Assembly (NCBI GenBank): GCA_003971905.1
Contig: RSEE01000036.1
Span: 434,001-498,000, forward strand
Origin: Moniliella sp. 'wahieum'
Lineage: Eukaryota
Length of the DNA stretch: 64,000 nt
Reading direction: 5' to 3'
In this document: one piece after another, positions 52,606 through 60,929 of the stretch
Layout of the letters: every line of letters starts with the position of its first letter
How positions within the stretch are numbered: position 1 is the first letter of the stretch
Notes under the pieces: generated by a model
Seen by the model: only the letters and a program-made list of their open reading frames with translations
What the model was told of the DNA's origin: nothing
Databases searched by the model: none
Position numbers and translations under genes: made by a program

Positions 52606-53404
52606 TTATGATCCTCTGCGAGCGAGCGCTTGGCCCCCAGATGGATTTGTCGGGCTTCCAGCGCGGGCCACGACCTTCTTTTTGCGTGGCGGTGCGCCCT
52701 CCTCGCCAGCGGCAGCTGAAGGGGGGCGACGCTTCTTGGGGTTGGTTGCGCCTTCTGGTTGGCCAGGCCGTTTGGGGTCGAGGTCGAAGGTGCGGGGGAA
52801 GATCGAGCGGAAGTGGTAGGGCTGCCAGCTCGAGGGGAGCCACGAGAAATGGTGAGCTTTGTCCCCGATCGTTCGCGCACCGATTCGTGCGGCGAGCCAG
52901 CTCGAGAGGCAGTGAGGGAGGCACGGGCGGCGCGTCGTCGGCCAACCGAGCCTCCTTTTCTTTCTCTTTCGCCGCCTCGGCATCCGCTTTGCGCTGCGCC
53001 ACGCTCGCCTCGGCGGTAGAAGAAGAATTGGAAAAGACACGCTGAACCAGGTCGGGATCTTCCTCGTCCCCGCCGGACACGGTACGATCCCCACCACGGC
53101 GGTCGCGGCGTCCATGCGCATGCACGGGCGCCGGCTTGAGATAGGCATCGAACCCGCGCACCACAGATCCTGTTCCGCCATGAGCAGCCGAGGTGGAACT
53201 GAGATACGCACCCTCGGCGTCCCACAGCTCGCACTCTAATGCCAACAAGGCGGTTTCCAGCTGTTTCTTGCGGGCCACGCTAGCTGCCAGCTTGTTGCGC
53301 GCAGTGAGATACTCCTCGCGCGCCAGAGGCGGAACGTCGGCCGCAATCGGGACAGCTGGCATGTTGAGGCTCAAAGGCAAACGCGGCTTGGAGTTGGCTG
53401 CCAT
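52606..53404 (-). CDS. EAF6: NuA4 subunit Eaf6
   Basis: EYLTARNKLAASVARKKQLETALLALECELWDAEGAYLSST..GSVVRGFDAYLK..RVFSNSS. Confidence 0.8.
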
Positions 53405-54015
53405 CGTCGACAGCACCTGCAAGATGGTGGTTGAGATGCCGAAAGCGGTGCGCCTGGCAGGTGCGATGTTCAAGAGGAGGCGTCGGGTTTGAAATGTTAC
53501 ATCGACGCCTAACGACGCTTATGCAATGGCTGGGTTTCAAATTTCATGCATCGTGCATCGCCGACATATCGATCTCCTCATCAACGTGGCGCATATCAAT
53601 ACCAACCAGGCCAAAACCGCCGCAAGCTCAGGTTCAACCGCCATTCCACAGCGCTCTTCACCGCCGCCACCCTTTTCTGTGGGCTGCCTGACGCACCAAC
53701 AGGGCAGCCATACGTTATCGACCATGGATCATCGACGTGCATCGCTCTCTTCTGAGACGCTATTCCTCGCCGTCCTTAACCTCATTCTCCCCCGCCCCCA
53801 ATCAGGACGTATTTATCTTGTGTAGAAATACTATAGTTCCTGTGAGCCTGAGCCCAATCTCAATCACTGTGAGGCTTCTCAGGGGCCTCAGGTACGGAAG
53901 TGATGGAGACCGCCACAGTGTGGGCCTCGACCACATCGACCGTGTCATACGACACGTAGGGTGGCTTTGCAGGGGTATAAGCACTGTTCCATTGGGTTAG
54001 GGTGCCCCTGTGGTT

Positions 54016-54827
54016 TCAATCCATTACCAGACCACCGTCAACCACCAAGTTTTGGCCCGTCACGCCCCGAGACCAGGGGTGAGCGAAAAAGAGGCAGGCG
54101 TCGGCCATTTCCTCTGGCGTCGTCACCTGGCCCAGGGGCTGCTGGCTGCAATGGCATCAAACACAGCTGCGGGGGTAGCTGAGGAGGCATCGGTAGTACG
54201 AAGCAAGCCGCCACTGACCATGTTGACGGTGATGTGGTCTGGGCCCAGGTCCTTGGCCATGGTACGTGTCAGGGCAAGCAACGCGCCCTTGGCCAGGACA
54301 TAGTCGTGGTACGGTACGACCGGGTTTTGCAGCAGGTTGGTGCCAATGTTGATGATGCGTCCGTACCCGGCTTGTCGCATGCCCGGTAAGGCAGCCTGCA
54401 CCACATTCAGTGCCCCCTGCACCGTTCCGTCCAGTTGCAATTGCACCTGGTCCCACTTCAACTCGTCGATGCGAGGGCGAGCGTCGCCATTGAACGTAAA
54501 GCGGGGCAGAGCACTGTTGACGACCGTTGTGATGGGCCGGCCGAGGTGCTGCTCGACACGAGCAAAGAGTGCCTCCACCTCGTTCTTTTTCGACACGTCG
54601 GCTCGCTGGATTAAAGGCGGACCTGTCTCGCCCGCTTGATGCGCTTGGTGCATCTGTTCATACAAGCCAAAGGCCATTTCACTGTTGTGAGCAAAGTTGA
54701 TCACCACCGTCGCACCCTGAGCCAAGAAGGCCTTGGCAATCGCGCGTCCCAGACCGCGAGAGGAACCGGTGACGAGCACCACTTGCTCTGCCAGTGCAGG
54801 CGAGGTGGAGGGGGCGGGGTGTGTCAT
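54016..54827 (-). CDS. Short-chain dehydrogenase/reductase, bacterial 3-oxoacyl-ACP reductase (FabG)-like; intronless
   Basis: VLVTGSSRGLGRAIA; RIINIGTNLLQNPVVPYHDYVLAKGAL (YxxxK); VNMVSGGLLRTTDAS. After frameshifts it reads VTTPEEMADACLFFA..VTGQNLVVDGGLVMD* (TGA at 54016-54018). Confidence 0.9.
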
Positions 54828-54829
54828 GC

Positions 54830-55057
54830 CTATGAAAGGGAGCAGGGATGATGGTGGTTGCTTCCAGAATATTCGGCAGCTTTTGCACGGCGGTTTTTAA
54901 GGGTGCGGCAATCATTAATCAGCTGTGGCGTGTCCCGGCCGGTTGTGGAAATTGCAGTATTCCGAGCCCTCGGCTTTGGGCACTCGCACGCGCTTATGGG
55001 GCTTGGCTGCCGGGGGCGCGGGTGCGAGTACCTTGTCATCGTAGCACAGGTTGTCCA
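54830..55057 (-). pseudogene. 3' part of disrupted gag with CX2HX4HX4C zinc knuckle
   Basis: (L)DNLCYDDKVLAPAPPAAKPHKRVRVPKAEGSEYCNFHNRPGHATAD[7-nt insertion]CRTLKNRRAKAAEYSGSNHHHPCSLS*. Confidence 0.8.
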
Positions 55058-55410
55058 TGTTAGAGGGTACTGCTAGGGTTCTCCTGCACGGCCCTCAATG
55101 GATCGGTGACGCTCGCCTAGCCGAGCGGAAGCGTTCCGCTCGCAGGCCGCGCACGCCCTGCTCGCTCCATCTCCCTTCTCTCTCTCCTTTCTCCTTCCCT
55201 TCAGACGTTGCTTGAAGACTTGTGGCTCACCACTTTGCCTTCACGCCTTGTCTGAAGGTACGCCTCTGCTTCCTTTCTTGACCTGTTGCTCCTCACAATG
55301 AGACGTTGCTTGAAGACTTGTGGCTCACCACTTTGCCTTCACGCCTTGTCTGAAGGCTGCTTTGCAGCTGATCCATAGGATCGCGAGTGCTCTCAAGTCG
55401 CACTCTAGCA
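55058..55410 (+). repeat. 5' LTR (353 bp) with internal 56-bp duplication
   Basis: TG...CA ends with imperfect terminal inverted repeats. 55203-55258 is repeated at 55301-55356. Confidence 0.95.
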
Positions 55411-55414
55411 GGTT

Positions 55415-57808
55415 ATGTCGCCCTTATCTTCTGCCTCTGCGCATTCTGCGCACCCGGTTTCCTCGCCTCGCGACATTGTGGAAGCGTATGTTCGTCGTGG
55501 CGAGTTTGACCCCAACTCCCAAGTCGAGATAGCCCCTGGCACGACAGCGAAGTGGCCGGCTTTTCGCATCAAGGGCACGACTTATGCTTGGGCTCAACTG
55601 AGCGTCGTTCTTTCGGACGTTGACGAGGACGTCGCTGCCAAGTTCATCCTGGAAGTCATTCCTACCATTCGCCACTGGGGTATGCCGATGAGTGGCATCG
55701 CCTCCCCGCTCCCTGGTTCTGCAGTGGCAGACAAGGACTCTATTGTGGCTGATATCATTACCGACTACAATAAGGGCCATGGTGGCGAAAACTTCTTGCT
55801 CACACCGACCGACTTCTATGTTGCCTACGTCTTTTATACCAAGTCTCATCGCTTCTCCACTTTTGAGGACTTGCAGAAGGCAATCTTTCGCCATATCAAG
55901 GCAGTGCGTAATGCTTGGAAACTGTACGAGGACAATCAGGCTTCCAAACACCGTGTCGATCTGAAGCGTCGTGCCATGCGTGACATGCTCCTCGACCCAG
56001 CGGACTGTATCAGAGAGCCCCAAGGTGTGGTCGTGTCTGGCCCCAAGGATGTGGATTGCTCTCGTGATTGCACTGGTGGAGAGGGTAAACCTCTGGTTGC
56101 AGCACCACTCGTTGACGAGCCTTTCCCGGCTCGTGGTGCCAGCGAGCCAGCGGAACACCTTGCTTCGCCCGCGTGTGAGCCAGTTGCTGTCGCCCATGAG
56201 CCTCTGGGCAAGATGCCACGCGTTGGTCCTGATTTACTGACGATGCATTCCGCTAGTCCCAAGTCCGGGGCTGAGTTAGCTGCTGTTGGGTATGACCCTG
56301 TTGCAGCAATGGCATCTGTCGGCCCGGACTTACCCCCAGCGGGTGGTGACTATGTGTCACGGGAGGTGCATTCCCCCAGGTCCACGCCAGCTGCTATCGC
56401 CAAGCTGGATCCTGTGGCTGCGATGGCATCTGTCGGCCCGGGCTTACCCCCAGCGGGTGGTGACTATGTGTCACGGGAGGTGCATTCCCCCAGGTCCACG
56501 CCAGCTGCTATCGCCAAGCCGGATCCTGTGGCTGCGATGGCATCTGTCGGCCCGGGCTTACCCCCAGCGGGTGACTATGCGTCACGGGAGGTGCATTCCC
56601 CCAGGTCCATGTCAGTTGCTATCGTGGCTCAGGATCAGACAACCGATCAGGCGCTTGGTGGCCCGGTACCCGTTGCAGTCCCGGCGCCTCGTAAAGGGGG
56701 GCTGATTACGCTCGGTGCCTTTGCACCCGATGAAGGGGAAACAATGGCTGACTTGGCACCCGATCAAGGGGGGCCGGTGGCTGGCCTGGCGCCTGATACA
56801 GTGGGGACGGTGGATGGCATGGCACCTGATCAGGCGCTCGGTGGCCTGGTACCTGTTAAAGTCCAGGCGCCTGGCCAAGGGGGGCCGATGGCGCTTGGTG
56901 CCTCTTCACCCGATGAAGAGGAAACGATGGCTGGCCCGGTACCCGATGAAGGGGGGCCGGTGGTTGGCCTAGCGTCTGACAAAGGGGGGCCGGTGGTTGG
57001 CTTGGCACCCTATCAAGGGGGGTCGGTGGTTGGCCTAGCGTCTGACAAAGGGGGGCCGGTGGATGGCATGGCGTCCGACCAGGCGCTTGGTGGCCCGGTT
57101 CCCATTGACGTCCATCAGGCACCCGACCAAGGGGGGCCGATAGCGTGTGGCACTATTGGCCAGGCGCCCGACAAAGGGGGGCCGACCGCGTGTGGTGCCA
57201 TTGGCCAAGCGCCTGACGAAGGGGGGCCGATAGCGTGTGGTGCTATTGGCCAGGCGCCCGACAAAGGGGGGCCGACCGCGTGTGGTGCCATTGGCCAAGC
57301 GCCTGACGAAGGGGGGCCGATAGCGTGTGGTGCTATTGGCCAGGCGCCCGACAAAGGGGGGCCGATGGCGTGTGGACGTGTCGGCCTGGTGCCTGACCAA
57401 GGGGGACCGATGTCGCGCGCTGCTATTGGCCGAGCGTCCGATCAAGGGGGGCCGATGGCGTGTGGCGGTGTCGACCTGGCGGCTGGACATGGAGAATTAA
57501 CGGTCGCCGAGCTTGCGGACAAGCTTTGCACGGTCGGCCTAGCACCATACGCAGGGAAGGCGATTGCCGCTGTGTCAGAGCTTGCGGCCATCGACGGGAT
57601 GCGGGAAAAAGGGGGGCTGCCCCCGTCCTTCCGCACATGCATTTACGCGCCCGGACCACCTTGCCTTACTGTTCCCTCCCCCACCCACCCTTTTCAGCGA
57701 TACTCACCATGTGTTGGCAGGCCTGCCTGTTCCAAATTGCGTATGGGCACGGTACCGATCCTCAGGCACACATTGTCATGTCGGGAGAGAATATCGATAC
57801 TGACCTGA
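55415..57808 (+). CDS. Element ORF1 (797 aa): ~190-aa unique N-terminal domain plus 38-aa, 11-aa and 15-aa tandem repeats
   Basis: The ATG lies inside the PBS. 114-bp units start at 56294, 56408 and 56522; 33-bp DxGGPVxGLA units span about 56730-57080; 45-bp QAPD(K/E)GGPxACGAIG units span about 57116-57480. No pol motifs recognised. Confidence 0.75.
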   Translation: MSPLSSASAHSAHPVSSPRDIVEAYVRRGEFDPNSQVEIAPGTTAKWPAFRIKGTTYAWAQLSVVLSDVDEDVAAKFILEVIPTIRHWGMPMSGIASPLPGSAVADKDSIVADIITDYNKGHGGENFLLTPTDFYVAYVFYTKSHRFSTFEDLQKAIFRHIKAVRNAWKLYEDNQASKHRVDLKRRAMRDMLLDPADCIREPQGVVVSGPKDVDCSRDCTGGEGKPLVAAPLVDEPFPARGASEPAEHLASPACEPVAVAHEPLGKMPRVGPDLLTMHSASPKSGAELAAVGYDPVAAMASVGPDLPPAGGDYVSREVHSPRSTPAAIAKLDPVAAMASVGPGLPPAGGDYVSREVHSPRSTPAAIAKPDPVAAMASVGPGLPPAGDYASREVHSPRSMSVAIVAQDQTTDQALGGPVPVAVPAPRKGGLITLGAFAPDEGETMADLAPDQGGPVAGLAPDTVGTVDGMAPDQALGGLVPVKVQAPGQGGPMALGASSPDEEETMAGPVPDEGGPVVGLASDKGGPVVGLAPYQGGSVVGLASDKGGPVDGMASDQALGGPVPIDVHQAPDQGGPIACGTIGQAPDKGGPTACGAIGQAPDEGGPIACGAIGQAPDKGGPTACGAIGQAPDEGGPIACGAIGQAPDKGGPMACGRVGLVPDQGGPMSRAAIGRASDQGGPMACGGVDLAAGHGELTVAELADKLCTVGLAPYAGKAIAAVSELAAIDGMREKGGLPPSFRTCIYAPGPPCLTVPSPTHPFQRYSPCVGRPACSKLRMGTVPILRHTLSCRERISILT

Positions 57809-58665
57809 GGTCCCAAGGCCGGGGCCCACCGACGCAAGCCACCCTAGCTGCCCTTCTTACTTGGTTAGCTAGGGAGGTAATGTGCGGACTCGTTGGCCCT
57901 CTTGTGTGCTCTGCTTTAACGTCTCGCTCTCCCATTGCATCCAACATGATGGGCGGTTCTGACGGTTTCCTATCTGACCCGGGCGGGTGGTATTTTGATC
58001 GTTCCAAGACCACAGGCACCGTTTACGATTGGGGCTACACGGGCGGCTGTGGCAGTTTCTTACATGACTCGGACCAGTGGTACTTTGACCGATCCATGAT
58101 GGGGGACACCGTTTATGTTTTGGGCTACACGGGCAGCGGTGGCACTTTCCTATCTGACCTGGGCGGGGGGTCCTTTGATCGTCCCAAGACAAGTGCTGCT
58201 GTTGACAGTTTCGGTTACACTACTCGATGTGGTAGTTTCCTACTTGACCCGGGCGGGGGGTACTTTGACCGTCTCAAGAGCAGTGGTGCGGTTGACGGTT
58301 TAGGTTACGCTAATGGTTGTAGCCGTTTCCTGTCTGACCCGGGCGGGGGGTACTTTGACCGTCTCAAGAGCAGTGGTGCTGTTGACGGTTTAGGCTACAC
58401 TAATGGTTGTGGCCGTTTCCTACCTGACCCGGGCGCGGGGTACCTTGACCGTTCCAAGATTGGCGGTGCTGTTAACTATGTGGGCTGCATGGGCGGCTAT
58501 GGTTTCCTTTCTGGCCCAAATGGGAGTTTCTTTGGCTGTCTCAAGACGGGAGGCACTGTCTCTAGTGTACGCTACATGGGCAGCCGTTGCACTTTCATCC
58601 CTGACCCGGGCCCGGAAGACTTTGGTCGCTCCTTTGCCAGCGGTGCTGCTTGCGAAGTGTACTGA
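57460..58665 (+). CDS. Element ORF2 (-1 frame relative to ORF1): hydrophobic segment plus about eight 30-aa Gly/aromatic repeats
   Basis: Unit FLSDPGGGYFDRLKSSGAVDGLGYxNGCGR repeats about 8 times at about 57967-58660 with a 90-bp period, and the frame is preserved despite divergence. Confidence 0.7.
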   Translation: MWRCRPGGWTWRINGRRACGQALHGRPSTIRREGDCRCVRACGHRRDAGKRGAAPVLPHMHLRARTTLPYCSLPHPPFSAILTMCWQACLFQIAYGHGTDPQAHIVMSGENIDTDLRSQGRGPPTQATLAALLTWLAREVMCGLVGPLVCSALTSRSPIASNMMGGSDGFLSDPGGWYFDRSKTTGTVYDWGYTGGCGSFLHDSDQWYFDRSMMGDTVYVLGYTGSGGTFLSDLGGGSFDRPKTSAAVDSFGYTTRCGSFLLDPGGGYFDRLKSSGAVDGLGYANGCSRFLSDPGGGYFDRLKSSGAVDGLGYTNGCGRFLPDPGAGYLDRSKIGGAVNYVGCMGGYGFLSGPNGSFFGCLKTGGTVSSVRYMGSRCTFIPDPGPEDFGRSFASGAACEVY

Positions 58666-58799
58666 TCACCTACAAGGTACTTTCGAACCATCGTTGACGC
58701 TGGTCCTCGTGACGGTTGGACCAGTCGTCATCCTTTTTCTGTCCTGAATTTGGTCCTTTTCTCCTTTTCATGGCTGTGCCAAATTTGACTTGTTGGTTT

Positions 58800-59175
58800 C
58801 TTTTCAAGTTGAATTGCCTTCTATGGTTCTACTCGACTCGACCTCCAACTCTACGTTTTTACTGTTCGACTTTGGCTTCGGTTCGACTTGGCATATGTTG
58901 TCTATATCTCCAAGTTGCATCGATCTCTATGACTTTCACAGCTTCCTTACCTGCACACGTTCAACATCCTCTTTCGGCTTGGAACATGTTGTTTCTACCT
59001 CCAAGTTGAATCGACCTCTATGATTTCTTACGCTTCCTCCCTCATCCGTTGAACATCCTGTTTCGACTTGGAACATGTTGTTTATACTTCCAAGTTGAAT
59101 TGACCTCTGTGACTTTCTACGCTTCCTCCTTACCTCCATGCGTTGAATATACTGTTTCTCTTCCCTTGACTTGGC
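58800..59175 (+). repeat. Non-coding ~90-bp degenerate tandem repeat in the element 3' region
   Basis: The anchor CAAGTTG occurs at 58805, 58911, 59002 and 59091 (spacings 106, 91, 89), within the unit gacttggaacatgttgtttatacttccaagttgaattgacctctgtgac... Confidence 0.8.
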
Positions 59176-59313
59176 AACATCGCTTGCCAATTATGTTTTC
59201 CTTTCACTTTTTGACCAGAGGCGTTGGAGACATCCTTTCTTCTTTCATCCATGCCTTGGCCCTTGGCCGAGGACCACCACCACCTGTGGTCTGGCGAGCT
59301 CACCGAGGGGGGC

Positions 59314-59665
59314 TGTTAGAGGGTACTGCTAGGGTTCTCCTGCACGGCCCTCAATGGATCGGTGACGCTCGCCTAGCCGAGCGGAAGCGTTCCGCTCGCA
59401 GGCCGCGCACGCCCTGCTCGCTCCATCTCCCTTCTCTCTCTCCTTTCTCCTTCCCTTCAGACGTTGCTTGAAGACTTGTGGCTCACCACTTTGCCTTCAC
59501 GCCTTGTCTGAAGGTACGCCTCTGCTTCCTTTCTTGACCTGTTGCTCCTCACAATGAGACGTTGCTTGAAGACTTGTGCTCACCACTTTGCCTTCACGCC
59601 TTGTCTGAAGGCTGCTTTGCAGCTGATCCATAGGATCGCGAGTGCTCTCAAGTCGCACTCTAGCA
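59314..59665 (+). repeat. 3' LTR (352 bp)
   Basis: Identical to the 5' LTR except for one missing G in the second internal repeat copy (gacttgtgct vs gacttgtggct). Confidence 0.95.
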
Positions 59666-60755
59666 GTCCAGGGCCTCCAGCATGAGCGCACCGTTGCGCT
59701 GCTCTTGGGCCAGGCTCGAACGGTTGCCATCGGTCGGTAGGGCTTCTGCTAAGGTAAGCCACGCGAGCGCCTCGAGATCGACCCCTGCCTGCTCGCCCAT
59801 GGACACGAGCCGATCAATGCGCATGGCATACTCCCGGGCCGTCTCACTGGGCGCAGGGCGCAGCGCTTTCATTCGGGAGGTGACTTCTCTCTGGGCACGA
59901 AGCTTGTTCATACCGAACTTGGTGCGTAAATTCTTGTATACACCGGACGCTGTCCCACACGCAACCGAGCGTATGGTGTCAACGTCACACCGAGCCATCA
60001 AGACGCGCGCAAGGCGCGCGTCGAGTGTGCGCTCAGCCGGCGTGCTGGGTCCCTTCACGACCAAGTCTTCTAGTCCGAAGCCGGTAAGGATGCTCCGCAG
60101 GTCCATGTCGAAATCAATCCACTTGACCTTCTTCGCGTCAAATGCAGGGATGCACCCGCTCTTGGCAAGGGTCTTGACCAACTCCTTGTGTTCGTCCGAA
60201 ATGGGGGTGGGAGATGCAGTGGTCTGCCCCGGCTGGCTGATCATGCTTGGACTGCCAACTTCGGTGGGGGTGACGTGGCACCACTCGGACACCAAGGACA
60301 ACTGGTTGGGGAGGCGGTGTGCCAAAACGAACTCGGCGAAAGTGTCAAGGTGATCAATGCTGTGGAGGTTGGCGCGCAACTGGGCTTCGCCCCATTCGGG
60401 GAGTGCGCGCTTGAGATGCACCGCGAAGAGAAGCTCGACTCGGCTCTGGTCCGTGTCGGCGACACTGGGGGTGCGGCGGACAGTGTCCGTATCGGCCTTG
60501 GTAAGCTCAGTGGCTACGTCGGTGGTGGGGGGGTGGGCGGCGATGTGGGCGGCCGGCTCGGGGGCGGCGGCGGCTTCGGGTGTTTGCGGCATGGTGGGTG
60601 GCTTCTTGGGGGTTTTGGTTTGGGGACGGGGAGGGCGTCTGTGGAGGTACCGCCGCGGGTTTCGACCATGCGCTGGTTGTGGTTGGGGAGTGGCTGGGCT
60701 CAGGCGGGCAGGCGAGGTCGGCAGTCTCGCTTCTGCACAGAGATAAGGTGGGCTC
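59666..60755 (-). pseudogene. 5' part of copia-type gag (Retrotran_gag_2/UBN2-like), truncated by the LTR insertion
   Basis: IPAFDAKKVKWIDFDMDLRSILTGFGLEDLV..TASGVYKNLRTKFG..MKALRPAPSETAREYAMRIDRLVSMGEQAG..LAEALP is a copia gag pattern. Confidence 0.8.
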
Positions 60756-60929
60756 AACCTATGAAAGGGAGCAGGGATGATCGATGATGCAGATGGTAGT
60801 TGCATTCCAGAAGAGGAGCCCGTAAGGATTAGGCTCTTTCTGTAGTGGATATGGAGGTAGAACTTGGCAGGTCGAAATTAAAAAGGGTGGGGTTGATTAT
60901 CCCATCGGCTACCGGAGACACTAAAAAGA

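Larger units (their letters stand above)
55058..59665 (+). mobile_element. Non-autonomous (pol-less) copia-type LTR retroelement, recently inserted
   Basis: LTRs at 55058-55410 and 59314-59665 (TGTTAGAG...CTCTAGCA) differ by one base. TSD GTCCA at 55053-55057 and 59666-59670. PBS GGTTATGTCGCCC at 55411. PPT GAGGGGGG at 59305-59312. Confidence 0.93.
54829..60812 (-). mobile_element. Gag-only copia-derived unit bounded by short degenerate direct repeats, interrupted by a younger LTR element
   Basis: Direct repeats at 54829-54869 and 60758-60812 share an identical 24-nt core. A PBS-like GGTTGAGCCC lies at 60759-60750. The gag ORF continues in frame across the inner element's TSD. Confidence 0.7.

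Noticed and set aside
53993..54003. CCCTAACCC as a telomerase RNA template
   Set aside because: A single 9-mer is expected by chance at this scale, and no supporting structure was seen.
57604..57616. GGGAAAA slippery sequence in the ORF1/ORF2 overlap
   Set aside because: It is phased in the ORF2 frame, not ORF1, so it cannot drive the ORF1-to-ORF2 shift.
56294..59175. Repeat arrays as a CRISPR-like locus
   Set aside because: The units are contiguous tandem repeats without unique spacers, no cas genes are present, and the context is eukaryotic.
59220..59270. VGDILSSFIHALALGR as a remnant of the copia RNase H ADILTKAL motif
   Set aside because: The position before the PPT is suggestive, but the similarity is too weak to call.
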